Assembly: GCA_035906055.1 (NCBI GenBank)
Contig: JAMIFV010000043.1
Span: forward strand, 455 to 64,454
Source of the DNA: Alphaproteobacteria bacterium
GTDB taxonomy: Bacteria > Pseudomonadota > Alphaproteobacteria > Rickettsiales > JABCZZ01
Reading direction: 5' to 3'
Length of the DNA stretch: 64,000 nucleotides
In this document: positions 34,552 to 44,264 of the stretch, piece by piece
Layout of the letters: each line of letters opens with the position of its first letter
How positions within the stretch are numbered: position 1 is the stretch's first letter
Notes under the pieces: generated by a model
What the model saw: the letters and a program-made list of their open reading frames with translations, nothing else
Database searches by the model: none
What the model was told of the DNA's origin: nothing
Translations under genes and position numbers: made by a program

Positions 34552-34628
34552 GCACCCGTAGCTCAACTGGATAGAGTATTGCCCTCCGAAGGCAAGGGTT
34601 GCTGGTTCAAATCCAGTCGGGTGCGCCA
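34552..34628 (+). tRNA. tRNA-Arg (anticodon CCG)
   Basis: Manual fold. Acceptor GCACCCG/CGGGTGC, D arm GCTC-AACTGGATA-GAGT, anticodon arm TTGCC-CTCCGAA-GGCAA, T arm GCTGG-TTCAAAT-CCAGT, discriminator G, encoded CCA. Confidence 0.9.
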
Positions 34629-34636
34629 GTTTTCGC

Positions 34637-36655
34637 TTAAGCGGCGGACTTGATCAGCACCTTTTCCCTTGGGCCGTCAGCAAGGATGCGCGAGCGCCCC
34701 ACCACAATGATACGGTCGCATGCCGACAGCAGGTGATGGCTGTGCGTGCTGATAAGCATGGTGCAGGTGCCTTTGAGCGCCGCAAGCTGGCGCGCCAGAT
34801 GTTCTTCCAGCTGCGCGTCCAGCCCGTTCGTCGGTTCGTCCAGCAGCAGCAATTGCGGCTCAAATGCAATCGCCCGTGCCAGCGCCACCAGTTGTTTCTG
34901 CCCTCCTGAAAGCGCATTGCCGCGCTGTCCTGCCTCGGTCGTCCAGTTGAGGCCGTTCTCCTGGAAGCTCTTTATCAGGCCGGTTATTTCAAGCGCCTTG
35001 CGGCGCGCTTCAGAAGAAAGCTGCGGTCTGCCGGCGCGAATATTCTCTTCGATCGTGCCGTCGATCAGCGAGACGTCCTGTGGTTTGTAACCTATCATGC
35101 GCGAAATATCGTCCGCAGTCATCGTGGATACGGGAATATTATCGATCAGCACCTGCCCCGCATCGGGGTGGATAAGCCCGGTGACAAGGCGCATCAATGT
35201 GGTTTTACCGCTGCCCGGCGCCCCGGCGATGCCCACCATCTCACCGTGCCGGATCTGCAGGGTCACATCCTTGAGCACAGGATGCCCCCCATGCCCCATA
35301 TTGCAGGTTACGTTATCCAGCCGCACTGAAGCTTGCGCCATCTCATGCGCAGCAACAGGCTTGCGCGGCGCATAGCCGGTGGGCAATATCCGGTTTAACT
35401 CCCTCAGCGCATTGCGCAGTTCATAGTACCGCACAAACAGCGTGGTGACCGAGGAAAAGCTCGCAATCATCCTCGCCGTGAGCATGGAGGCCGCCAGTAA
35501 CCCGCCGGAAGTAAGGCTGCCCGCTTCCACCATGTAGGCCCCCCCCACCAGCACGACGGCATAGGAAAGAAACGACAGCTCATTGCTGGCCGACTGCCCG
35601 ATGCCAAACCACACGCGCGCCATGCTGGAGGAATAGGACGCCGTATTACTCGCGCCATACCATTTATTGGCAATGGCGTTCTCGGCATATTTGCCCAGCA
35701 GCGCGTCGCGGGAGTGGATAATGTCCGCCAGCAGGCCAAGGCGCTTCTCGCTGGCACGGCTGGAATTCTTTTCATAGCGCAGCGCCGGGCGGATAATGAG
35801 GGCGTTTATCACCACCACCATAAGCCCGAAGCCAAGCCCCACAAACACCAGCGGCCCCGCAACCAGTGTGATTGCCAGCGCAAACAGGATGAGGAACGGC
35901 AGATCCGCCAGCGCCAGCATGTAAGTGGACGATACGAAATCGCGGTAATGCACCAGCTGCTTGTAACGCTCAAGCACCATGCCTATCTCAGGCAGGGCAT
36001 TGGGCTTCGTGTTCATGAGGCTGCGCAGTATCGTGCGGTCAAAGCCCGCGTCGCTGGAGCGTGCCACGCGTTCCGACACCAGCGTGCGGATGACACGCAG
36101 CGAGAAATCCATCACGGCGATGATGCCCATGCCTATGAGCAGCGCCCACATCGTCGCGGTTATGCCGTTGGCCAGCACTTTGTCGTATACGAAGCTGCTG
36201 AACAGCGGCAATGCCAGCGCGAACATGTTCACCAGCACACCGCACAGGAATATCTGCGCCAGCTTCGGCGTATGCCTGCGGATATGCGTCATCACACGGT
36301 CCGCTTCACCGTAAGGCTGAAGGATCACCAGTATCTCGGCCACATTGTTCAGGTCGTCGGGCGCTACGCCGCGGGCGACAGTGCCGTTTTCATTTACGAT
36401 GCAGCCGTTTTCCGCAGCACCGGCGACCGGAACATAACCGCCATCGTTTAGCAGCAGCACGCAGCCCACCTGTCCGTCTTCGTCGGGCAGCGCCTGATAC
36501 AGCAGCGGCATGCGCTTATGCACCATGCCTACGCTGGCAAGCTGATCTTTAAGCTCATTGTCACTGGGAGCCGCACGCTCAGATGCAAGCAATACACCGC
36601 GCGTTGCAAGCACTGCTGAAATGGCCCCACCGAGCGACTGGACCGCCATTATCAC
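34637..36655 (-). CDS. type I secretion system permease/ATPase (ABC exporter) with ~130-aa N-terminal extra domain
   Basis: 672 aa. TM domain, then Walker [10 protein letters not shown], signature [14 protein letters not shown], Walker B LLLLDEPT. The start (GTG 36655 or ATG 36649) overlaps or abuts the stop of the RTX gene. Confidence 0.92.
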   Translation of the reverse strand: MIMAVQSLGGAISAVLATRGVLLASERAAPSDNELKDQLASVGMVHKRMPLLYQALPDEDGQVGCVLLLNDGGYVPVAGAAENGCIVNENGTVARGVAPDDLNNVAEILVILQPYGEADRVMTHIRRHTPKLAQIFLCGVLVNMFALALPLFSSFVYDKVLANGITATMWALLIGMGIIAVMDFSLRVIRTLVSERVARSSDAGFDRTILRSLMNTKPNALPEIGMVLERYKQLVHYRDFVSSTYMLALADLPFLILFALAITLVAGPLVFVGLGFGLMVVVINALIIRPALRYEKNSSRASEKRLGLLADIIHSRDALLGKYAENAIANKWYGASNTASYSSSMARVWFGIGQSASNELSFLSYAVVLVGGAYMVEAGSLTSGGLLAASMLTARMIASFSSVTTLFVRYYELRNALRELNRILPTGYAPRKPVAAHEMAQASVRLDNVTCNMGHGGHPVLKDVTLQIRHGEMVGIAGAPGSGKTTLMRLVTGLIHPDAGQVLIDNIPVSTMTADDISRMIGYKPQDVSLIDGTIEENIRAGRPQLSSEARRKALEITGLIKSFQENGLNWTTEAGQRGNALSGGQKQLVALARAIAFEPQLLLLDEPTNGLDAQLEEHLARQLAALKGTCTMLISTHSHHLLSACDRIIVVGRSRILADGPREKVLIKSAA

Positions 36656-39600
36656 GCCCCGTAATGCACATTAAGCTGTGCGATCTGTGTTATATGGGCT
36701 GGCTCGGAATAATAGCGGTAGACGTAGTCGGAGCCGGAGCCGGTGACCGTGAAATCGCCAGCGGCGGTGAAAGTGTCGCCTGTATCCAGCCTGAAAGCAA
36801 GCGTGGAACTGTTACCCGTATCCACCAGACCTCGTATGTCGCTGGCGGAAAGGGAGTAGGTGTTACCGCTAGCCGAATTGCGCACGTCCAGCGACTCGAT
36901 GGATACGTAACGGGAGCCGTCGAAGCTGTTGGCTGCCAGAGAGGTAAGCCCCGCTATTATCAGGCTGTCAGTGTCGCCGCCGCCGTCTATCAGCGTGAAG
37001 GTCGCCAAATCGCTGGCATTAATATAAAAGCTGTCATTGCCGAGGCCGCCATTAAGCGTGTCCGCCCCGCCGCCGCCGCTAATGATATCGTTACCGCTGC
37101 CACCATTGATGACATTGGCAGAACTGTTGCCATAGAGCACGTCGTCATAGCCAGAACCGGTGATGTTCTCGACATTGGTGATGGTACTGTAGGAATAGAT
37201 GCCGGTGGAACCCGTCCTCGCCTGATAGACGGAGAAGCCGCTGCCCCAGTAGTAGGCCTTGTCGGAAGAGCCGAAGAATGCGCCATCACTGAAAAAGACC
37301 TGCACGCCCGTGCTAGCCGAACTATACCAGTTATTGTCAAATATCACGGTATCGGTGCCGCTGCCACCGTCGATGGTATTGCTGCCCACCGTGGCATATA
37401 TAGTGTCGTTGCCGCCAAGGCCGTAAATGGCGTTCGTGCCGCCCTGCGCGTTGATCTGGTTGTTACCGCCGTTACCCACAAGGATGTCGTTACCGCCAGC
37501 GCCCAGGATATTCTCGATATTGACGAGGAAATCAGTACCGGAATACCCCGTGCCGAACCCGGTGTAAGCAAGGGCTGAACCTGTGGGGCTGCTGCCTGCC
37601 GCGATCGTCAGCGTGGATATGCCCCGGTCAATGTGATCGGCCACGCCGTTACTGTTGATATCAGCGGTGCCATCAAGGTAGATCACCGTATTGTTGTTAG
37701 TATTGACATAATACGTATCGGTTCCGCCGCCGCCGTCGACGCGGTCATTATCCGTCATGCGGATAAAGTCATTGCCGGAACCGCCGAAGATAAAATCCGT
37801 GCCATTGCCCGGATCATAATCCATCGCGGTGGTGGTGCCCCAGATAACGTCGTTGTACGCGCTGGCGATTATGCGGTCGATCCCGCCCTGCGTATACGTA
37901 TCGCCGATGGCGTGTGAAGAAGCGTCCGCAGCGGTTACGCCCCATCCGGCGCCGCTGGAAGCGTTTACCGTTATGGTCTGGCCGAGGCTGTTTCTCGCCG
38001 TACGGCTTACGGAATCAAAATTGACCAGCACGCCCACAGGGGAACTGTTATAATAGATCGTATCATAAGCGCCTGACGTGGTGATTACGCTGTCGGTAGC
38101 GCTATTGAGGTAAAAGGCATTGGTACCCGCACCGCCGTCCAGATATTTGGTGCCGCTGCTGGAGCTGTACAGGTTGTCGTTACCGATGCCACCGTAGAGA
38201 TAATCCGTACCAGCGTTACTGTAGAGGGTGTCGTTGCCATCGTTACCATACAGCACATCGTTGCCGTTACTGCCGGTAATGGTGTCGGCACCGCTTCCGC
38301 CGAGGATCGACGTGATCGAGCTGACGCCGGTGGTCGGCGTGAATGCATACAAGTCGCCGTTGGCAAGGCCAGCCGTGCCTGCGCCCGTCAGCAGGTTGAC
38401 GACAAGACCGGTAGAGTCCGCGGTGTAATTGATCGTGTTGGTTTGTCCTACCCCAAGGTTAGCGCCGTTAGTGCCATCATAACGCACGCCTGCATGCTGG
38501 CTGTAGAAATAATTATTTCCGCTGCCGCCATAAAGCGCGTCATTACCTGCAATGCCGGTATAGAACGTATTATTCCCGTCGCCGCCATAGAGTGTGTCGT
38601 TGCCGGTGCCGCCGGTAAGCGTGTCGTTGCCGTCGCCGCCATAGATCGTATCGTCGCCGCCTCCGCTGGAAATCACGTCGTCACCCGCACCGGCGGTAAT
38701 GGTTTCGGTGGCCGCCGTGCCGGTGATCGTGTCATTGTTCTGCGTGGCGATAAGCCGGGTAATGCCGCTGAACGTGTCGTTTAAGCCCGTGCCTGCCGCT
38801 GTGCCGGAGAGCAATATGGTAAGGCCGGTAGTGGTAACCGTGCTGTAATCGAGCGTGTTCACGCCGCCGCCGCCGGTGATGGAATTCGTGCCCAGCCCCG
38901 GCCTGAACGTATCATCGCCCGAACCGCCGATCAGCGTATCGTCATTGTCGCCCGTGGTAATCGTATTGCCGCCATTGCCGACGGTGATATGGTTGTTGCC
39001 CGCCCCGGCGTTGATCACGTTAGCACCGTCGCCAAGCACGATCGTGTCAGCACCTGCGCCCGCCGTCACGGTGTAATTGCCGCCACCGGCCTGAATATCG
39101 TTAGCGCCGTCCCCTGCCTGGATATTGCCGCCGCCGGAGGTAAGCCGGATAATATCGTCACCGGCACCGCCGGTAATCGTATAGTAGCCGGTGCCGCCGG
39201 TGATAGTGTTGGTGCCGTCACCCGCCGTTATCGTGCTGTCGCCATTACCGACCACGATAGTGTCCGCACCGCTGCCGGTAGTAATCATGTAAGCGCCTGC
39301 GCCAGCGGTAACGCTGTTCACGCCGTCGCCCGCAAATATTTCTCCGCTGCCGTCACCGACAGAGATCGTGTCATCGCCCGAGCCTGTGGTTACGCGGTTA
39401 TAACCGGCCCCCAGCGTCACGCTGTTGGTGCCGTCACCCGCGTCGACGATATTATCACCCGCCAAGGCCGTGATCGTATCGTTGCCGGAACCGGTGGATG
39501 CCGAGTTATTGCCCGCCCCCAGATCCACGATGTTGTTGCCGTTGCCCAGTGCCACCGTATCGTTGCCTTCGCGGGCATAGATGGTTTTGTCCCCATCTCC

Positions 39601-40917
39601 GCCGGTGATTGTGTCGTTATTGCGTCCGGCATGCACTTCGTCATTGCCGGTGGAAAGGGCGATGATGTTGGGCTGATCCTGCGTAGGCAGGATGTAAATC
39701 TCCTGCAGCCTGCCCTGATTTTCGTAAACCAGCGACTGGTCGGTCACCTGGCTCACATCGGTAACGTCCATATACAGGAAACGGAACGTCTGCTGACTGT
39801 GGAACTGTTGCGCACGCGTGGTCTTGCCGGTCACATCCACGGTAATATCGAAGCTGCCCGTTCCAGCAGTATCATAAATGAGGGTAAAAGAATCCTGCGC
39901 CAGCACGCTGCTTGAAGAAAGCGTCCAGTTGCCGCCGCCATTGTCGGTAGCGCCCAGAATGGAAACACCCGCCGGAACCCCGGATATCTGGACGTCATCC
40001 AGTGTAATGAAATAGCCTGCCACATTCAGGATAAACTGCTTGGCGTAATTGCTGGTGCTGACGGCGGGGTTGCTGTTGCCAACCGCTGGCCCCTGCGCGT
40101 AGATCAGGTCGTTGCCTGCGGTGCCGGTGATCGTGGCAGCGGAAAACTGCAATGCGTTGCGCGGGCCGATCTGCGCGTCCGCACCCGAACCCGCCGCACC
40201 GCCACCGCCATAAATGATGGTGGTGCCGGGCATGGTCGTGGTGTCATAAGTCGTGCTTACAACGTTGCCCATGAACAATGTGGTAATCGGCGTCAGGCTT
40301 AAAGGGGGCGGAACACCGGGAGGAGAAGCCGACGCCTGCGGGGGCGGCTTGTATTCATGCGGCGGTTCGTAGCTGTAATCCGAAGTATGCAGGTTCTGGA
40401 TGATCTTCTGTGCCTTATCGAGCATCTTTTCCGCAGCGGAACCTTCAGTGTTCTGGCTAGTGGACGACGTGCTCTGGGACGAGGAAGACGACGACTCATC
40501 CTGCTTGTGCTGCTCTTTTTCCGTCTCGGCCTGTGCCTTGGCCTCCTTGACGGCTTTCTCCACCGCTTCTTCCAGCTCGGCCCTGGTAAACTCCTTGGAG
40601 AGGTCTTCTTCGGCGGGCTTCTGCTCCTGCATGTCCGCCGACGTAAGCAAGGTGGAGCTGTCTACGGCACGCAATGTGGAATTCACCTGCGCCAGCAGCG
40701 CGTCCGCCGCCATCTTCTGACCTTGAAATTCTATTTCCGCAGGGGACTCGCTCATTGCTGAAAGCCCCGCGCCCGGCAGCACGATCAGGCTTCCGTCCTG
40801 TAACTGCAGCAAAATATCCACGTCGACAATGTCGATCCTGCTGATGGAGGAAAACGCCACATCAGAAAGGACATACGCCCCTGCCGCATTCGGTTTTACA
40901 AGTGCCTTCTGTGACAT
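36652..40917 (-). CDS. large RTX / hemolysin-type calcium-binding repeat protein (putative T1SS substrate, adhesin-like)
   Basis: 1421 aa. N-terminus ...ISRIDIVDVDILLQLQDGSLIVLPGAG resembles Bap/LapA-type prefix modules. Next comes a charged, Ser-rich and Pro-rich linker. The central region has hundreds of residues of GxGxD/N nonapeptide-like repeats, including canonical GGAGDDVISSGGGDDTIYGGDGNDTLTGGTGNDTLYGG. No Cys-rich or signal-peptide features. The acidic, Gly-rich C-terminal region is typical of T1SS cargo. Confidence 0.9.
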   Translation of the reverse strand: MSQKALVKPNAAGAYVLSDVAFSSISRIDIVDVDILLQLQDGSLIVLPGAGLSAMSESPAEIEFQGQKMAADALLAQVNSTLRAVDSSTLLTSADMQEQKPAEEDLSKEFTRAELEEAVEKAVKEAKAQAETEKEQHKQDESSSSSSQSTSSTSQNTEGSAAEKMLDKAQKIIQNLHTSDYSYEPPHEYKPPPQASASPPGVPPPLSLTPITTLFMGNVVSTTYDTTTMPGTTIIYGGGGAAGSGADAQIGPRNALQFSAATITGTAGNDLIYAQGPAVGNSNPAVSTSNYAKQFILNVAGYFITLDDVQISGVPAGVSILGATDNGGGNWTLSSSSVLAQDSFTLIYDTAGTGSFDITVDVTGKTTRAQQFHSQQTFRFLYMDVTDVSQVTDQSLVYENQGRLQEIYILPTQDQPNIIALSTGNDEVHAGRNNDTITGGDGDKTIYAREGNDTVALGNGNNIVDLGAGNNSASTGSGNDTITALAGDNIVDAGDGTNSVTLGAGYNRVTTGSGDDTISVGDGSGEIFAGDGVNSVTAGAGAYMITTGSGADTIVVGNGDSTITAGDGTNTITGGTGYYTITGGAGDDIIRLTSGGGNIQAGDGANDIQAGGGNYTVTAGAGADTIVLGDGANVINAGAGNNHITVGNGGNTITTGDNDDTLIGGSGDDTFRPGLGTNSITGGGGVNTLDYSTVTTTGLTILLSGTAAGTGLNDTFSGITRLIATQNNDTITGTAATETITAGAGDDVISSGGGDDTIYGGDGNDTLTGGTGNDTLYGGDGNNTFYTGIAGNDALYGGSGNNYFYSQHAGVRYDGTNGANLGVGQTNTINYTADSTGLVVNLLTGAGTAGLANGDLYAFTPTTGVSSITSILGGSGADTITGSNGNDVLYGNDGNDTLYSNAGTDYLYGGIGNDNLYSSSSGTKYLDGGAGTNAFYLNSATDSVITTSGAYDTIYYNSSPVGVLVNFDSVSRTARNSLGQTITVNASSGAGWGVTAADASSHAIGDTYTQGGIDRIIASAYNDVIWGTTTAMDYDPGNGTDFIFGGSGNDFIRMTDNDRVDGGGGTDTYYVNTNNNTVIYLDGTADINSNGVADHIDRGISTLTIAAGSSPTGSALAYTGFGTGYSGTDFLVNIENILGAGGNDILVGNGGNNQINAQGGTNAIYGLGGNDTIYATVGSNTIDGGSGTDTVIFDNNWYSSASTGVQVFFSDGAFFGSSDKAYYWGSGFSVYQARTGSTGIYSYSTITNVENITGSGYDDVLYGNSSANVINGGSGNDIISGGGGADTLNGGLGNDSFYINASDLATFTLIDGGGDTDSLIIAGLTSLAANSFDGSRYVSIESLDVRNSASGNTYSLSASDIRGLVDTGNSSTLAFRLDTGDTFTAAGDFTVTGSGSDYVYRYYSEPAHITQIAQLNVHYGA

Positions 40918-40956
40918 ATCTGCGGTTTTCCGAGACCCTTACGCGTTATAACGATC

Positions 40957-42333
40957 TCAACCTTGCCCTCCTTCCATGCGATCCCTCAGGCTGCGCGCCT
41001 CGGTCACCATTTCTTCCACAAGGATGCTCTGGTGACTGATGGAGGTCGAGATTGATTCTATAATAGTAGATAATGACTCAAAACCCGTTAACTTTTCTTT
41101 AATATCCCACAAATGACGGCCTGATCCAACACCTGCCTGTTCAATCGCCCCGGCCTTTTCCACCATATTCCTGAAGGAAGCCATAACATCGCTATGCGAG
41201 CGCCGCTGGGAATCGAGCACTGCCGTCAACGAGCTCGCCAATTGCACATGAATATCAGATACCTGCTGAAGAACACGCTGCTGTTCCAGATTAGAGGCAA
41301 CAAGGGAGCGCAATTCTTCCAGCGTGCGTTCGCCGGTTTCCTTCATACGCGGACCGAACCCCAGCAGTTCGTTGAGCTTGGTGGTGCCGTTGATGCTGTT
41401 TTCAAACGACTTAAAAAGAACATCGAGTTTTGTCAGAAGCTTATCCATTCTATTGGCCAGCAGCACGTTGCTTTGCCAGTTCTTGCCAGCCCCCGGCTCC
41501 ACCCCCTCCAGCTCCATTGAGGCGAGCGTCGCGATCGTCTGCGACTGCATGGCGATATTGGGATTGCTCTTGCGCGTGATCTGCGTCAGGTCATGCATCA
41601 CATTACGCGCGCACATTACTACACGGCTGACGAAATGGCGCAGGTTGGTCATCATGATGGACAGCATGAGACTGGTCACAAGGCCAAACATGGACGCGGA
41701 AAACGCGATGCCCATGCCCGCCAGCGGCTTGCGCAATTCATGGATAAGCCGCTTGAACTGTTCTTCGGGGCTTTCACTGCTGCCGCTCATGCCGCCAAGC
41801 ATTTCCGAAATGCCGGTCAGCGTTTGCAGCAGACCGATGAACGTGCCGAGCAGGCCAAGCGCGATCATGAAGCCGACAAGGAACTGCGGAAATTCCAGCT
41901 TGCTGTTATAATCGTCCAGCAGCGCGTGCAGTTCGCTTTCGATCGCGTTCTGGTCAAGCTGCGAGCTCAGCGTGCCGCCCGTTTCAGCGATATGCTTCAG
42001 GTAATGCCTTACGTAGCGCTCACTGATCCAGGGCTCTTCGAGCAGTTCCTTCATCGGCACACCGGCGGCAGCTTCCTTGCCAAAGCGCTCGATGACGCGG
42101 AAATCCTTCTGCGCGCTGCGCAGACGTTGCAATATGATAAGCGTGCCGTACAACGCCGTGCAGATGATCGCGCCGCTGATGGCGAGATCCTTTTCAATCG
42201 CTTCCTTGACGAAATCGCTGAAATAAAACGCCAGCAACAGAATAAGCACCAGCGGCGACATCACCTTGATCGTCACCACCACTTCGCGGTAAAGAATCGG
42301 GTCTTTTTTTGCCAGGCTGCGAAATACGTTCAT
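40957..42333 (-). CDS. MotA/TolQ/ExbB proton-channel family-like protein with long C-terminal helical tail
   Basis: 458 aa. Two N-terminal TM helices, then FLVGFMIALGLLGTFIGLLQTL and GMGIAFSASMFGLVTSLMLSIMMTNL, which match the MotA_ExbB core (GLLGT..G ... A...T..GL). About 220 C-terminal residues are heptad-like and charged. ATGA overlap with the HlyD gene stop. Confidence 0.7.
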   Translation of the reverse strand: MNVFRSLAKKDPILYREVVVTIKVMSPLVLILLLAFYFSDFVKEAIEKDLAISGAIICTALYGTLIILQRLRSAQKDFRVIERFGKEAAAGVPMKELLEEPWISERYVRHYLKHIAETGGTLSSQLDQNAIESELHALLDDYNSKLEFPQFLVGFMIALGLLGTFIGLLQTLTGISEMLGGMSGSSESPEEQFKRLIHELRKPLAGMGIAFSASMFGLVTSLMLSIMMTNLRHFVSRVVMCARNVMHDLTQITRKSNPNIAMQSQTIATLASMELEGVEPGAGKNWQSNVLLANRMDKLLTKLDVLFKSFENSINGTTKLNELLGFGPRMKETGERTLEELRSLVASNLEQQRVLQQVSDIHVQLASSLTAVLDSQRRSHSDVMASFRNMVEKAGAIEQAGVGSGRHLWDIKEKLTGFESLSTIIESISTSISHQSILVEEMVTEARSLRDRMEGGQG

Positions 42334-43676
42334 ATGGAATCCTTAAATATACTGTAAGTGAATTTTCTGACCGGAGACAGAATGAGGTTGAGCACGGTGC
42401 GTTTGCCCGTGACAATATCCGCTGTTGCCGTCATGCCGGGTGACATGGAAAGCCCCTGATAGCTTGACGGCAGCGCGCTGACCAGAACGCTGACGCGGTA
42501 AAACACCTCCCCGCGCGCATCGGCGATGGTGTCGGCGCTGATCTCCTTCACCTTGCCTTTGAGCACACCGAGTTCGCCCACATCGTAGGCGGAAAGGCGC
42601 ACCGTCGCGTCAAGCCCCGGTGCCAGATACCCTCTGTCCTTGGGCAAGGCCTGCGCTTCAATAAGTATCTCGCTCGTGGAGGGGATCAGCTCGAGTATCT
42701 TGTCGCCTGCGCGAATAACCCCACCGATAGTGTTCACCGTGATGCGGTTCACCGTGCCGTCGATCGGCGAACGTATGTCCGTGCGGCGGTAACGATCGGA
42801 ATCGCCGCGCAATACCTTCTCAAGTCGTTCGATCTCCGCAAGCGCCGCCACATAATCGGTCTGGGCGCTCGTTACGAAATCCGACTGGATGGCTTTCTTC
42901 CTCGCATTCTCCTCGGCTATGGCCGCTTCCAGCGTGGGGATGCTGCTGGCCGCATCGTTGGTTTCGGTCTCCAGCCTGCCTTCACGGCTGCGCGCTTCAA
43001 GCAGTTCCAGCTTTGAAGACGACCCGCGCGCGGCCATTTCCTCGATCAGCCCGGAGCGGTTATGCGCCACCCCCAGTTCACCCCTGAGCTTTACCACGCG
43101 CGTTTTTGCCTCGTTAAGGCGGGCGGTATGCTGGTTGATCGCCTCCGCATGCACCTTCATCTCCTGCGCCAGTTTTTCCCTGCGCGAAGCGAACAGCTTC
43201 TCTTCGGCCCTGCCAACAGGCGTGTTTGCCAGCTCTTCGGGAAGCGTAAAGTCAGCACTTCCCCTGGACTCGCTCTCCAGCCTCGCGGCACGCAGTTTCT
43301 GCGTCGTGATCTTGGCTTTGGTCTCTTCCAGATTGGCCCCCGCCGATACATTATCAATCGTCAGCAGCAGGTCGCCCTTCTTTACCGCAGCACCTTCCAC
43401 AACGGCAATCGAACCGATGATGCCACCTTCGAGATGCTGTATGGACTGGCTACGCCCGGCCGCGATGATCTTGCCGTTCACGCGCACCACCCGGTCGATT
43501 TCGGATACATAAGCCCACAGCAATGCCGCAACCACGCAGAATGCGACCAGCAGCACGTACAGCATCGTTCCTTCCATGCGACCGGGCGCGCGCGGCGGCG
43601 GCACGGCACCACCAGGCGGCTGTGAGGAGGCCGCGCTGTCAATGCCCTTCAAGAAGTATCTCAACATGGCCTGCAT
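42330..43676 (-). CDS. HlyD-family type I secretion periplasmic adaptor (MFP)
   Basis: 448 aa. One N-terminal TM helix. Lipoyl-like VNGKIIAAGRSQSIQHLEGGIIGSIAVVEGAAVKKGDLLLTID, a long coiled-coil hairpin, and C-terminal beta-barrel motifs. Confidence 0.9.
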   Translation of the reverse strand: MQAMLRYFLKGIDSAASSQPPGGAVPPPRAPGRMEGTMLYVLLVAFCVVAALLWAYVSEIDRVVRVNGKIIAAGRSQSIQHLEGGIIGSIAVVEGAAVKKGDLLLTIDNVSAGANLEETKAKITTQKLRAARLESESRGSADFTLPEELANTPVGRAEEKLFASRREKLAQEMKVHAEAINQHTARLNEAKTRVVKLRGELGVAHNRSGLIEEMAARGSSSKLELLEARSREGRLETETNDAASSIPTLEAAIAEENARKKAIQSDFVTSAQTDYVAALAEIERLEKVLRGDSDRYRRTDIRSPIDGTVNRITVNTIGGVIRAGDKILELIPSTSEILIEAQALPKDRGYLAPGLDATVRLSAYDVGELGVLKGKVKEISADTIADARGEVFYRVSVLVSALPSSYQGLSMSPGMTATADIVTGKRTVLNLILSPVRKFTYSIFKDSI

Positions 43677-44262
43677 TCTTACTTTCGCTAGCGTTAAGGG
43701 GCTGCAGTATCCTGCTGTTAATCTTGTCCCCGGTCGTAAACCCCTTATCGATAAGGAACTTCCTTACATACAGCGCACGGTAATACGCAAGGCGCTGCGC
43801 GACGCTGTACGCCTCACCGCCCAGATAGGAATTGATAATGATCTTCTGGCTAGGCGACTTTCTGATTTCCACCAGCGCGTCCACCAGCTTTTGCGACGAC
43901 CCGTCGTCGAGGTCAACGCCGGACGCGGAATAATTGATGACCAGCTTACCTGCGCTCTTGACGATGTCTGCCTGCGTGCGCGCCGAATCATCGAGGAACC
44001 TGCTTGCCTCGGCGCTGTCGATCACCACGTCCTCATTGGCTACGGGTGCCGCTTGTTTAGCAGGCGTCACCTGCGCCTGCTGCTGTTGCTCAATCACTTT
44101 TTTCTGCTCGATGATGTCCTGCAGTTTCTTTTCCACCTTGTTGGCGGAAAGCGACAAGGCAATAACGAATACCACCAGCACGAACACCAGCGTCAGCACC
44201 ACGTTGCTGAGCACGTCCACAAAGCCCGGCCAGTAATTTTGTTCTTTTCCGCCGCTGTCCAT
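43639..44262 (-). CDS. MotB/OmpA-like protein (stator B-subunit-like)
   Basis: 207 aa. N-terminus NYWPGFVDVLSNVVLTLVFVLVVFVIAL parallels the MotB W..[13 protein letters not shown] plug/TM segment, including the Asp just before the helix. The C-terminus ...GGEAYSVAQRLAYYRALYVRKFLIDKGF is a divergent OmpA_C-like motif. Confidence 0.65.
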   Translation of the reverse strand: MDSGGKEQNYWPGFVDVLSNVVLTLVFVLVVFVIALSLSANKVEKKLQDIIEQKKVIEQQQQAQVTPAKQAAPVANEDVVIDSAEASRFLDDSARTQADIVKSAGKLVINYSASGVDLDDGSSQKLVDALVEIRKSPSQKIIINSYLGGEAYSVAQRLAYYRALYVRKFLIDKGFTTGDKINSRILQPLNASESKNAGHVEILLEGH

Positions 44263-44264
44263 GT

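Noticed and set aside
37000-39700. Highly periodic DNA inside the RTX gene, considered as a possible CRISPR or tandem-repeat locus.
   Set aside because: The periodicity is the degenerate 27-nt (9-codon) GxGxD repeat of a continuous 1421-codon ORF. There are no constant repeats alternating with unique spacers.
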